Of a stretch of 64,000 nt of DNA, positions 9,048 through 19,501 are shown in pieces; position 1 is the stretch's first letter, and each line of letters starts with the position of its first letter. The position numbers and the translations under genes are program-made. The notes under the pieces are model-generated. The model saw only the letters and a program-made list of their open reading frames with translations, searched no databases and was not told where the DNA came from. The stretch comes from an uncultured Acidobacteriota bacterium (GTDB lineage Bacteria > Acidobacteriota > UBA6911), in contig CAWJKZ010000014.1 in the NCBI GenBank assembly GCA_963843575.1, forward strand, positions 672,001 through 736,000, read 5' to 3'.

Positions 9048-10800
9048 TCAATCCTTTTCGTGCATCCATGAACGAATCAGCTGCGAGACCAACTCCGGCT
9101 CCTTTTTGGCCTGCTCGGTCAGCCTCTTGCGAAGCACGGTGTACTTGCGGACGCCCGCGTCGAGAATCTGGGCTTCTTTCAGGAACTCGCGCTCGATCTG
9201 GTCGTCGATATCCGAAGCCTCCGCGGAAGGCGTCTCCTGACTTCCCGGAAGCGCCGTTGCCGTCCCCGCGGGTGATCCGACTTCCCCTGTGCCTGTCCCG
9301 GCCCCTTGTATCGCCTTCTGGACCGTCCCGGCGGCTATTGCGGAAGGTTGCTGCTGGCCGGGGAGGGAGGGCGGTGTCCCGGCGAGGCTCTGGTACACGC
9401 GCCTTCGGATCGGGCGGAACAGGACCAGGTAGACCAGGATGAAAAGAACGATAAACGCGGTGTACTTGATCGCCGGGAGCAGGTAGGGCTGCCACTTGAC
9501 GTGCCAAGGGGCGGGGGGCTGGTCCTCTTCCGGACGCGTCTCGTTGTAGAACGGGACGTTTTCCAGCGTGACGGTGTCGCCCCGTTCCTTGTCGTATCCG
9601 ACCGCCGCCAGGACCAGCTCGCGGTACGCGTCCAGATCTTCCTGCGTGCGGGGCTGATAAGAGGTGGTCACCTTGCCGTCGGGTTCTTTCTTGTAGATCG
9701 CCTTGTGATCGAGGATGACCGCCACCGACACCCGGCGGACCGTGCCCTTGGGCTGCACCGTGTGGCGCACCAACTTGCTGACCTCGTAGTTGGTGACCTC
9801 GCTCTGACGCATCCTCTCGGGGGTGGTGCCGGCCGTGCCCTGGGGCTGTGAGGCGGAAGCGTTGGACTGCGTGCCCGGCAGCCCGGAAGCGGCCGCGGCA
9901 CCGCCCACGCGCTCCTCGCTCTTCTGCTGGCTCAATACCGCACTTGGCGTGGGATTGAACGATTCCTCGGTCTGCTCCGTGCTGTTGAAATCCAGGTCGA
10001 TCGAGGCGTTCGCGTGGACCTTCCCTTTGCCGACCACAGGCTCGAGGATCGAGACGACCTTGCTGACCATCTCCTTCTCGAGCTCCTCGCGGATGCCGGA
10101 CTCGACATCCGCACTCCCGTCGCCCGAACCGGTGGGATTCGAGAGCAGGTTCCCCTCGTCATCGACGATCGAGACGTTGTAGGAGCGCAGCGCCGGTACC
10201 GCACCCGCCACCAGCCCCTTGATGCCGGCGATACTCGATTTGGACAGCTCGACGCCGCGCTTGAGGCGGACCGCCACGCTCGCCTTGGCCTCCTCTTTCT
10301 TTTCCTCGAACAACGAGTCCTTGGCGAGCACGATGTGCACCCGCGCCTGGGAGATCTCCGACAGGCTGGAGATCGTGCGCGCCAGTTCCCCCTCCAGCGC
10401 CCGCTGCAGGTTCACCTGCTCGGTGAAATCCGTCATGCCCCACTGGCTCTTGTCGAAGATCTCGTACCCGACGCGCCCGCTGCGCGCCAGGCCCGAACCC
10501 GCTATCTCCAGACGCAGCTTGTCGAGATCGTTCGTGGGCGCCGCAACCAGGATCGAGGTCCCTTGGACGAGGTAGTCCTTCTTTTCCTCCTTCAACTTGC
10601 CCGCAATTGCCTGGGCATCTTCCGGGCTCAGGTCGCGGTAGAGGACTTCGTACTCCACGCGGTTCATGAAAAAGATTAGCAATCCGAGGGAAGTTCCGAC
10701 TAATATGACAAAAAACAAGATCGTAAGACGCTGCAAAGGCTGGAGTCTCGTCCAGATCTCGACCAAGTTGTCTCACGTAAGGGGCCCGGGGTCCTGCCAT
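9048..10800 (-). CDS. fliF: Flagellar M-ring protein FliF
   Basis: Two TM segments, GYEIFDKS, RALEGELARTI, ASVAV, NYEVSK; ORF 9048..10766, true ATG probably 10800 via one indel. Confidence 0.95.
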
Positions 10801-10853
10801 GGTGGGCGCTCCCGAATCTAATCGTCGTTGGGTGAAAGCTCACGCGCGCGACA

Positions 10854-11160
10854 TCACACCTGCATGCGCATGATTTCCTGGTAAGCCTGCACGATCTTGT
10901 TGCGCACCTGCATCATCATCTGGAACGACAGGTCGGCCTTTTGAACGGCGACCAGGGTGGAGTGCAGGTCCTGCGACTCACCGGTCATCAGCTTCTGTAT
11001 TTCTTGATTGGACTGTTTCTGCAGTTCGTCAGCCGTGGAGATGGCGTCTTTGAGCACCTCGCCGAAACTGGCGCCCGGTTCCCTGGAAATCCCGGCTGGC
11101 TTGCGGATCTCGGGCACCTGCATGTTCGGGCTGATTTGACCGATCAGGGGTCTCTGTCAT
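10854..11160 (-). CDS. fliE: Flagellar hook-basal body protein FliE
   Basis: SFGEVLKDAI...DLHSTLVAVQKADLSFQMMMQVRNKIVQAYQEIMRMQV; 5' end probably frameshifted (ATG 11160 or 11123). Confidence 0.93.
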
Positions 11161-11170
11161 CTGGGGTTCC

Positions 11171-11605
11171 TCAACGGATGATCTCGAGGGTTTTGACGGC
11201 CATGTCCTTGGCGGCGTTGACCGCCTGGAGGTTCGCCTCGTACGAACGCGTTGCCGAGATCACGTTCACCATTTCTTCCATCGGGTTGATGTTCGGATAG
11301 AGAACGTAACCGTCCTTGTCGGCGTGGGGGTGTCCCGGCTCGTACCTCTTTACCGGCTCCGATTTGTCGGTGGTGACCGCGGAGATTTCCACGCCGCGCA
11401 GGCTGGACATGGCGTCGTCCATCGTCGCACCGAAGGTTTGGCTGGGCGCGGAGGCGGTGAATACGACATCCCGGCGGCGGTACGGCTCGGTGCCTGCCGG
11501 CTGGGTCGTGTTGGCGTTCACCAGGTTGCTGACGAGGACCTCGAGGCGCCGGCGTTGCGCGGTCAAACCGGATGCGCCGATCTCGATTGCGGTCATGAGA
11601 CTCAT
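11171..11605 (-). CDS. flgC: Flagellar basal-body rod protein FlgC
   Basis: SGLTAQRRRLEVLVSNLVNANTT, YEPGHPHAD, EEMVNVISATRSYEAN. Confidence 0.96.
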   Translation of the reverse strand: MSLMTAIEIGASGLTAQRRRLEVLVSNLVNANTTQPAGTEPYRRRDVVFTASAPSQTFGATMDDAMSSLRGVEISAVTTDKSEPVKRYEPGHPHADKDGYVLYPNINPMEEMVNVISATRSYEANLQAVNAAKDMAVKTLEIIR

Positions 11606-12024
11606 TAGCCTGCCCTCCCTTCGTTGATTGCGCTGGATAGGGATCGGAACTTCGCCCGCAGCAACTGTGACATGAGGGAGTAGCCGAAGGAGGTTTCGCT
11701 CAGCTTGAGCATCTCCCGGTCGATGTCCACGTTGTTGCGGTCGGGGCGGGACGGGAGGTCGGGGACCTCGAACACCTCGGGCTCTAAGGGGCGGAAGGCC
11801 CACTGGCCCAGGTCTTCGTGCCCCGCCCTGCGGGTCGCCAGGGGGGCCGCCTCGTTCGAGAGCAGTTCCTGCAATGTCGCGTGAAATGAAATGTCTTTTG
11901 TCTTGTATCCCGGCGTGTCGATGTTGGCGATGTTGGAGGCCACGACTTGCTGTCTCTTGGACAGGCGGGTCATGTAACCGGCCATCGCGTCCACCATCGG
12001 GTCCTGCATCAGATCAATCTTCAT
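11605..12024 (-). CDS. flgB: Flagellar basal-body rod protein FlgB
   Basis: RQQVVASNIANIDTPGYKTKD, DRNNVDIDREM. Confidence 0.96.
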   Translation of the reverse strand: MKIDLMQDPMVDAMAGYMTRLSKRQQVVASNIANIDTPGYKTKDISFHATLQELLSNEAAPLATRRAGHEDLGQWAFRPLEPEVFEVPDLPSRPDRNNVDIDREMLKLSETSFGYSLMSQLLRAKFRSLSSAINEGRAG

Positions 12025-12047
12025 GCGACCTGCTCCCGGGCCTAACA

Positions 12048-12063
12048 TGCAACTGCGGGGCCA
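12048..12063 (-). promoter_or_regulatory. Sigma54 -24/-12 promoter of the flgB-fliK operon
   Basis: Minus strand TGGCCCCGCAGTTGCA; GG-N10-GC spacing correct; ~25 bp upstream of flgB ATG. Confidence 0.78.
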
Positions 12064-12149
12064 ACAACCTTCTCGCGCCGGAAACCCTCCACAGACGGGC
12101 GTTTCGTAGCGCGCGACGCCCCTGCACGGTCCGGCGCCGGCAGAAAAGC

Positions 12150-12187
12150 GTCAAAATCCCGACCGCGGCTGGGCAGTTTTTGCCGGG
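12150..12187. promoter_or_regulatory. Candidate enhancer boxes upstream of the flgB promoter
   Basis: GTCAAAATCCCGAC (12150-12163, GTCA-N6-xGAC) and GGCAGTTTTTGCCGGG (12172-12187), inside the 3' end of the FleR-like gene. Confidence 0.5.
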
Positions 12188-13512
12188 CGGTCCTGCAGAC
12201 CAAATTCGTTGAGCTTGTTCCGCAAGGTCCTGAGGCTGATGCCCAGGATTCTGGCGGTGTGGGTCCGGTTGCCTCCGGTGTCCTGCAGCGTCCGGCAGAT
12301 CAGCTGTCGTTCCATTTCGCGCATCGTGGTGCCGGGGGCGGAGGGGGAGTCCGGGTTGTTGGCGGCGGGGACGGACCCGGTTTGGACCAGGCACAGGTCC
12401 TCGGGGTCGATCACATCGCCGCGGCACAGCGCTACGGCCCGCTGGATCGCGTTTTCCAGTTCCCGCACGTTGCCGGGCCAGGAGTGGCATTCGAGGTGCG
12501 CGATCGCTTCGGCGCTGCAGCGCATCTCCTTCTTGCCCAACTCGCGGCCGTATCGGCGGCAAAAGAAGTCCACCAGGAGAGGGATGTCGCCCGTCCGCTC
12601 CCGCAGGGGCGGGATCGTCAGGACAACGACGTTCAGTCGGTAGAAGAGGTCCTCGCGGAAGACGCCCGTCCGGACCAGCTCCGCCAGGTTCCGGTTCGTC
12701 GTCGCGATCACCCGAACGTCGATCCTGACCGGCGCAGTTCCGCCGACGCGGTCCACCTCTTTCTCCTGGAGCACGCGCAGCAGCTTCGCCTGGAGGATCG
12801 GGGCCATCTCGCCGATCTCGTCGAGCAGGAGGGTACCGCGGTGAGCGAGTTCGAACTTGCCAGGCTTGGCTGCGGCAGCTCCCGTGAACGCCCCCTTTTC
12901 GAAACCGAACAGCTCGCTCTCGAGTAGGTTCTCAGGCAGTGCCGCGCAGTTGACGGCGACGAAAGGGGCGGCAGACCTGGGACTCTCCCGGTGGATCATG
13001 CGGGCCAGCAGTTCCTTCCCGGTCCCACTCTCGGCCTGGATCAGGATCGTCGCGCTGGTCGGCGCGCACTGGGCCGCACGCCCGAGCACGCGGCTGAAGG
13101 CCGGGTCCTGCGTGAGGATGTCATGCGAAACCCTGTCGTCTCGGCTGGTTGCCGATGCCAGGGCCCGCCGCACGACCCCTTCGAGCGCTTCCGAAGAAAA
13201 AGGCTTGAGCAGGTAATCGAATGCGCCCTGCTTCATGGCATCCACGGCGTTCTGCACGGTTCCATATGCGGTCAGGAGTACCACCGGCGTGTTGGGCGAC
13301 AGCGTCTTGACTTTGCGGAGCAGGTCGATTCCGCTGACTTCGGGCATCCGGACATCGGTCAACACCAGCTGAAAGTACTTCTCCCTGAGCCGGCAGATCG
13401 CTTCCATGCCGCTCCCCGCCGTCGTGATCGCGTAACCTTGGCGGCGCAGCGTCTCGTTGATCGCAATGAGCATCTGTGGTTCGTCGTCCACAACCAGAAG
13501 TTCCTGCGACAT
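12151..13512 (-). CDS. Sigma54-dependent response regulator, FleR/FlrC-like (REC-AAA+-Fis HTH)
   Basis: MSQELLVVDDE..TDVRMP, AESGTGKE, GAFTGA, LLDEIGEM, WPGNVREL, GNRTHTARILGISLRTLRNKL. Confidence 0.93.
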   Translation of the reverse strand: MSQELLVVDDEPQMLIAINETLRRQGYAITTAGSGMEAICRLREKYFQLVLTDVRMPEVSGIDLLRKVKTLSPNTPVVLLTAYGTVQNAVDAMKQGAFDYLLKPFSSEALEGVVRRALASATSRDDRVSHDILTQDPAFSRVLGRAAQCAPTSATILIQAESGTGKELLARMIHRESPRSAAPFVAVNCAALPENLLESELFGFEKGAFTGAAAAKPGKFELAHRGTLLLDEIGEMAPILQAKLLRVLQEKEVDRVGGTAPVRIDVRVIATTNRNLAELVRTGVFREDLFYRLNVVVLTIPPLRERTGDIPLLVDFFCRRYGRELGKKEMRCSAEAIAHLECHSWPGNVRELENAIQRAVALCRGDVIDPEDLCLVQTGSVPAANNPDSPSAPGTTMREMERQLICRTLQDTGGNRTHTARILGISLRTLRNKLNEFGLQDRPAKTAQPRSGF

Positions 13513-13523
13513 CCGGCGTCCCC

Positions 13524-14820
13524 CTAGGCGGCGCCCGACGGGATGCGGGCGCTCGGCAGCACAATGGTGAAGGTCGTTCCCACTTTGACCTCGCTCTCGA
13601 CACGGATAAAGCCGGAGTGCCTGTCCACGATCTGGTGCACGACTGACAGCCCCAGCCCTGTTCCGCTGCGGTTGGTGGTGAAGAACGGATCGAACACCCT
13701 CCCGAGATTTTCCGGCGTAATCCCCACCCCGGTGTCCTGCACCCGCAGCTCCACCCCTTCGCACGGCGCGCCGCCAGGCAGCTCTCCGACCCCGCGTGTC
13801 GCGACCACAAGCGAACCGTTCGAGGGCATTGCCTGCATCGAGTTCAGGACCAGGTTGAGGAGCATCTGCTTCAGCAGCTCGCGATCGCCGCAGACTTCGG
13901 GATTCTTCGACTCGAGCCGCTGCCGCACCGAAACAGCCCGCTGCCGCATCAGGGGCTCCGTGAACTGCAGTATTTCGCTGACGACCTCGTGCAGGTCGAC
14001 CTCGCCGAAACTCGGCGAGAGCGGATTGGCGAAGTGCAGCATGTTGCTGACGATGTTGTTCAGGGACCGGCTGCCCACCCGGATGTTGTCCGCCCAGCGC
14101 GCCGTGTCGCTCTCGGCGGGAAGCTCCTTCTGAAGCAGCGACGCGAAGAGCTCGATGCTGCCCAGCGGGTTCCGGATCTCGTGCGCAAGTTCGACCGCCA
14201 TCTCGCCCATGGCCGCGAGCCGCTCCCCCCTCTTCCCCTGCTCCTCGAGGGCCCTGACTTGCGTGACGTCCCTTATGATGTGCAGGGTCCCGATGGGCTC
14301 GCCCGAACTGCCCGCCAGCGGCGTCCCCGACGTCGCCAGGATGCGCGTGGAGTTGCCCCGCACAAACGGGATCTCCACCTCCCTGCTGCTTCCGTCGTCC
14401 GACACCGAGGCCGCAAAATAGTCGCGCAGGACCGGACTCTTCCTCCGCCGCGTGCGCTTTCCCGACCACCTCGGGCCGTGGGGCCTGCTCGAGGATCTGC
14501 GACGCCATCGGGTTGCACAGGATCACGTCGCCCGCGTTGTCCAGCGCCAGCACACCGCACGGAAGCCGCTCGAGGATGGTGTTCAGGAAGCTCTGTACTT
14601 CGTCCTTCTCGCGCAGACTGCGCTCGAGCGCCCGGTTCTTCAGCTCGAGTTCTTCGGAAAGCCTTTGCGCCCGGGCCTGCAGCTGCTGAAAGGCTGTCTC
14701 CAGCGAACCCGAGGCCCGCGTAAAGATTTCGAACGCCTGGAGCAGAAGCCTCGCTTCGGCCGAATCGCGTTCCAATACGGCCGAATCAGCTTCCACCGTT
14801 GTGCCTGGCACGCAGCCCAT
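13524..14820 (-). CDS. PAS-domain sensor histidine kinase, FleS/FlrB-like (frameshifted)
   Basis: N-term AFEIFTRASGSLETAFQQLQ coiled coil plus PAS; LAAMGEMAVELAHEIRNPLGSIELFAS H-box; NLVLNS, DTGVG, FFTT, GTGLGL. Confidence 0.92.
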
Positions 14821-14885
14821 CAACGCTCCTGACGAAACGGCGCTCCTCGCCGCACGGCTATCTCCGGAAACCCGCCGCTCTTGAG

Positions 14886-14900
14886 GCAAGAGACGTGCCA
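14886..14900 (-). promoter_or_regulatory. Sigma54 -24/-12 promoter of the fleSR-like operon
   Basis: Minus strand TGGCACGTCTCTTGC, consensus match. Confidence 0.87.
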
Positions 14901-15009
14901 GGCAAACCGACCGCTTTGTCAATCTCAGGGATCTCTTGGCGTTTCAAATGGTTGAGAACGACGACCTGAGCAAGGCGGCGGTCTTGGGATTTGCCTGCCC
15001 CACCGCAAG

Positions 15010-15045
15010 GTCAAATTGTTGACATGCGCTACCCCGGAATTTGAC
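15010..15045. promoter_or_regulatory. FleQ-type binding boxes
   Basis: GTCAAATTGTTGAC (15010-15023) plus a half-site ATTTGAC ending at 15045; resembles the Pseudomonas FleQ box (GTCA-N6-TGAC); ~110-145 bp upstream of the sigma54 promoter. Confidence 0.6.
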
Positions 15046-15186
15046 GGGCGCAGCGGCAGACAATGGGTCGCGAACGGCTGCGGCATGAGGACCTGACGCG
15101 CGAAGGCCCGGCCGAGAGGCCGGCGACCACACACCGGTACGAAATAGGAATTCGATCTCTCGTGTCAGAATTTTGATCGTTCCTGT

Positions 15187-15216
15187 TTGACAAATGGGAA
15201 TTCTGTGAGATATATG
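15187..15216 (+). promoter_or_regulatory. Putative sigma70 promoter of the FleQ-like gene
   Basis: TTGACA-N18-TATATG in an AT-rich island; flanked by GTCAGAATTTTGAT and CTCAACTTTTTGAC boxes. Confidence 0.5.
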
Positions 15217-15351
15217 TATACTCCGTTTCTTCGTTTTGATACGAAGTGGCAGGTATCTGACATCAAAATCGATCCGGCAGCGCGCCATTGGTCCAGCGAT
15301 CTCAACTCGAGCTCAACTTTTTGACTCCCGAACGGAGCAGGAAGCACCCCC

Positions 15352-16781
15352 ATGCGTACATTAGGCAGAGAAGGCGTCAGGATTCTGGTGATCGACGACG
15401 AAGACTACATGCGAGAGATAGTGCGGCAGGCCTTGGGAACTTCGGGTTTTCAATCGGAGGAGGCGGCGGACGGGAACGCGGCGCTGTCGATGATCAGGCA
15501 GTATCCGTATGACGTCATTATCACGGACCTCAGACTTCCGGGCGTCGCCGGTGAGAAGGTGTTGCAGGAGGCGCTGTCGATCTTCCCGGAGACTATCGTC
15601 ATCATAATGACCGGCTATGGCAACATCCAGACGGCGGTGGACGCCATCCGGATGGGAGCGTATGACTACCTGCCGAAGCCCTTCCAGCTCGACGAGATGG
15701 TGATGCGGGTGGAGAAGGGGTTGCACGAACGGCAGCTCAAGTCGGAGAACTCGATGCTCCGTTCCGAACTCCAGGGCAAGTACCAGTTCGCCAACCTGGT
15801 GGGGCACAGCCCGGCCATTCAGCAGATCTACCGGATGGTGGCGGCGGTCGCGCACAAGACCAGCACGATCCTGATCACGGGTGAAACGGGCACGGGAAAG
15901 GAGCTGATCGCCCGCGCGATCCACTATAACGGCACGCGCAAGGACCAGCCCCTCGTCTCGGTAAACTGCGGCGCGATCCCGGCGAACCTGCTCGAAGACG
16001 AGCTCTTCGGCCATGTCAAGGGAGCCTTCACCGGTGCATACCAGCACAGAGTGGGCCGGTTTGAGCAGGCCAACCACGGCACGCTGTTCCTGGACGAGGT
16101 CGCCAACATGCCTCCGGACCTGCAGGTCAAGCTTCTTCGGGTCCTGCAGGAACGGGAGCTGCAGCGGGTGGGCGGAAACACCACTATAAAGGTGGACGTG
16201 CGCATCATCGCCGCGACCAATGGCGACCTGTACGAGAGGGTGCGCAAAGGGGAGTTCCGGGAGGACCTCTATTACAGGCTTAACGTCATCCCGATCGCCA
16301 TCCCCGCGCTGCGGCAGCGCCGCGAAGACATACCGCTGCTGGTGTCGCACTTCACGAGGAGGTTCTGCTCCGAGCAGCAGGTCCCGTTGAAGCAGGTTTC
16401 CCACGAATCGATCAAGCAGCTGGTCGCCTTCGACTGGCCGGGCAATGTGCGGCAGCTCGAGAACGCGGTGGAGATGGCGGTCACGCTGTCGGGCGACCGC
16501 CAATTGCTCGACGTCGCCGACTTCCCCACCGTGGCGCACCCGGCTTCCCAGGAAGCCGCACTTCGGGAACATCGACATCCCGGAGGAGGGGATTCACTTC
16601 AACACGGTCGTCTCCGACCTCGAGAGGCGGCTGATCCTGCAGAGCCTGGAAGTCACCGGGCGGAAACAAGAAGAGGGCAGCCTCGCTGCTGCATCTCAAA
16701 CGGACCACCTTTGTCGAGAAGCTCAAGCGCATGGGGATGGAGACGGACTCTGCGGATCTCGAGGCCGAAGCTGCCGTCTAA
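15352..16781 (+). CDS. Sigma54-dependent response regulator, FleQ/FlrA-like position (frameshifts near 3' end)
   Basis: REC (VIDDE, TDLRLP), GETGTGKE, GAFTGA, WPGNVRQLEN; C-term GIHFNTVVSDLERRLILQSL..LKRTTFVEKLKR across frames; stop TAA 16779-16781. Confidence 0.9.
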
Positions 16782-16789
16782 AAAGAAAC

Positions 16790-16989
16790 AAGTGCATCCG
16801 GGCTGAGGAGTCCGTCGAACGGTTGATTGTGGAGTGCGGCAGGCTCGATGCCGCTTTGGCTGGCGGCGCCTCGGCGTCACCAGGCCGACGTCGCAGGGTC
16901 GCATCTCGAATTCGGCGTGGCGCCGAGCATGTCGAGCCGCCGCACTTCACAATCAACCGTTGGACACCCTCTGAAGCCCGGACCCGCTT
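16790..16989. repeat. Palindromic MITE/REP-like element, family A, copy 1
   Basis: ~58-bp imperfect terminal inverted repeats (..TCCGGGCT..AACGGTTGATTGTGGAGTGCGGC / GCCGCACTTCACAATCAACCGTT..AGCCCGGA); homologous to 58062-58296. Confidence 0.88.
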
Positions 16990-17034
16990 GGAGCTACTTG
17001 CATTGGCCGCGCCGCTTCGGTCACAATTCGAGGG

Positions 17035-17985
17035 TGTCGAACCTTCCCCTGCAGAGACTGTCCGGTTGCCTTCCTCCTCTGCAGCTCGCTCTTCTGGCAC
17101 GCTCGCGCTCCGGCCCAGACGGGCGCCACGGCCCAGTTCCGGTACGGGGTGCAAGTAGAGCTCGTAGGCATCTACGCCACCGTGCAGGACGGATCGGGCA
17201 AACTCGTCACCGGTCTGAACCAGGGCGACTTCATCATCTACGACAACGGCGCGCCGCAGCAGATCAGCCAGTTCAGCCGTGAATACGCCCCGCTCAGCGT
17301 CTCGATCCTGCTCGACACGAGCAGCAGCATGGCCGGCCGCAAGCTGGACAACGCGGTCCGCGCGCTGGGGCGCTTCGTCGGGAGTCTCAACCGCGGCGAC
17401 GAGGCGATGCTGCTCACGTTTCGCACGCGGCCGCGCGTGGTGCAGCGGTTCACGAACGACCTGCGCCTCATCAAACGCAACCTGAAGCAACTGGAAGGGA
17501 GCGGTTCGACGGCGCTGTACGACGCCATCCTGGCGGCAGTCGACTTCAGCCGGAACTCGCAGAACCGGCGCCGTGCCCTGCTGTTGATCAGCGACGGAAT
17601 CAACACTTACGGCAAGGCGGAATTGCGCGAAACCATCGAGCAGCTGCGCCGGCAGCCTGTCGAACTGTTCGCCATCGGCATCGGAAGTGACGACAACGCC
17701 GAAAACGCGGTCGAGGCTCTCGTCACCCGTTCGGTCCTGGATCAGCTGACGCGATCGGGGGGCGGGGAGGCTTTCACGGTGACCGAGGCAGGGCAGCTCG
17801 GCAAAGTCTGTGCGGCCATCTCCGATCGCATGCACAAACAGTACGCTTTCGGGTACTACCCGGCGAGGCCGGCCGACGGGGTGTGGCACGAAGTCCGCAT
17901 CGAGAGCAGGAAGCCGGGTTTGCGGATTGTGCCATCGAAAACCGGATATTACCCTTCCGCTCCGCCGAAAGCGCCTGCGCCGTGA
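17035..17985 (+). CDS. Secreted VWA-domain protein (Acidobacterial VWFA type)
   Basis: ELVGIYATVQDGSGKLVTGLNQGDF, LLDTSSSM MIDAS, TALYDAI, LISDG; signal-peptide-like 5' part in another frame (start approximate). Confidence 0.88.
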   Translation, partial: CRTFPCRDCPVAFLLCSSLFWHARAPAQTGATAQFRYGVQVELVGIYATVQDGSGKLVTGLNQGDFIIYDNGAPQQISQFSREYAPLSVSILLDTSSSMAGRKLDNAVRALGRFVGSLNRGDEAMLLTFRTRPRVVQRFTNDLRLIKRNLKQLEGSGSTALYDAILAAVDFSRNSQNRRRALLLISDGINTYGKAELRETIEQLRRQPVELFAIGIGSDDNAENAVEALVTRSVLDQLTRSGGGEAFTVTEAGQLGKVCAAISDRMHKQYAFGYYPARPADGVWHEVRIESRKPGLRIVPSKTGYYPSAPPKAPAP

Positions 17986-18043
17986 TAAGCTGGGCGGCGT
18001 GCCGTCACGCGCACGACAACCCGTTTGCATGGACGGAGTTCAC

Positions 18044-19455
18044 ATGACTGGCAAGAGGCTCTGGGGCGGGCGCTTCCTGTCGAAGGAAGACCCGTTCTTC
18101 TCGGAATTCAACGACTCGCTGCCGTTTGACCACGTGCTGCTGGAGGCGGACGTCGAGGGGAGCCGCGCCTATGCGCGGTCGCTGCGGCGCGCAGGGGTGC
18201 TCAGCAACGCCGAACTGCGCCGCATCGACCGCGGCCTTCGGGAAGTCCTCGCCCGCTACGCGCGGGACCCCGAGGCCGTCGTCCGGAGCGGGGCCGAGGA
18301 CATCCACACTTTCGTCGAGCAGGAACTCGCCGGCCGCGCCGGTGAAGCGGCGCTCAAGCTGCACACGGGCAGGAGCCGCAACGACCAGGTGGCCACCGAC
18401 CTGCGGCTGTTCCTCAGGCGTCGGCGAGGCGGCGCTCGAATCGGAGTTGGCGCGCCTGCTCGAAACGATCGCGGATCTGGCTGAAGCTCACGTGTCGGTG
18501 ATGATGCCCGGATACACCCACCTGCAGAGGGCTCAACCCGTCCTGTTTCCGCACTACCTGCTGGCCTACGGCGAGATGTTCCTGCGCGACCGGACGCGTC
18601 TGAGGGAGAGTGCCGCCCGCGCAGCCGTGAGCCCGCTCGGGTCCGGGGCGCTGTCGGGGACGGTGTACCGCGTCGGACCGGGAAGCCCTGGGGCGCGACC
18701 TCGGGTTTGGGGCCGTGACCGAAAACAGCATGGACGCCGTGGCGGACCGCGATTTCGTCCTCGACTTCCTGTACGCCGCAGCCGTCCTCATGATGCACCT
18801 CAGCCGGCTGTCCGAGGACCTGGTCCTGTTCAGTTCGTCGGAGTTCGGCTTCGTCTCCCTGCACGACAGCGTGGCAAGCGGCAGCAGCCTGATGCCTCAG
18901 AAGAAAAACCCCGACTCCCTCGAGCTCATCCGCGGCAAGACCGGGCGTGTCTACGGGCACCTGATGTCGTCCCTGACGGTGATGAAGGGCCTGCCGATGA
19001 CTTATAACAAGGACCTGCAGGAGGACAAGGAGGCGTTGCTCGACAGTATCCGCACCACGGTCAACTGCGTCCGGATGATGCAGCGCGTGTTAGCGGGACT
19101 CCGGGTGCACGCGGAAAAGATGCGCGAGGCTACACTGTCGGGCTATCTGAACGCCACCGAGCTGGCCGATTACCTGGTCGCCCGGGGAATGCCGTTCCGG
19201 GAGGCCCACCGGCTGGTGGGCCGGATTGTCCTCCGAGCCTCGGAGCTCAACGTACCGCTCGAGCAACTGGAGATGGCGGATTACCGGGTCTTCTCGCCGC
19301 TCTTTTCGGAGGACTTGTTCGGTTGGCTGAAGCTCGAAAGAGGACTCGCGCGCCGGACCGAAAAGGGAGGAACCGCCCCAGCTGCGGTGCGGCGCGCGCT
19401 GGCCCGCTTCCGGCGGCGTCTCGGCCAGGGGGCGGGCCCTCGTACCGCCCCATAG
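18044..19455 (+). CDS. argH: Argininosuccinate lyase (frameshifted)
   Basis: LWGGRF, EDIH, LHTGRSRNDQVATD, MPGYTHLQRAQP, GSSLMPQKKNPD, YNKDLQEDK. Confidence 0.96.
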
Positions 19456-19501
19456 CGAGGTGCAGCGGAAGCCAAGACCGGGCTTCCGGGCTTCCGGCTT
19501 C

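Noticed and set aside
12151-14922. 923-aa PAS-REC-AAA+ hybrid protein
   Set aside because: The middle is out-of-frame nonsense overlapping the real kinase domain (13524..14405); artefact of a frameshift near 14420.
18400-18720. Programmed frameshifting or pseudogenisation of argH and other split genes
   Set aside because: Indels are scattered across unrelated essential genes without slippery-site or stimulator signatures; sequencing error is the simpler explanation.
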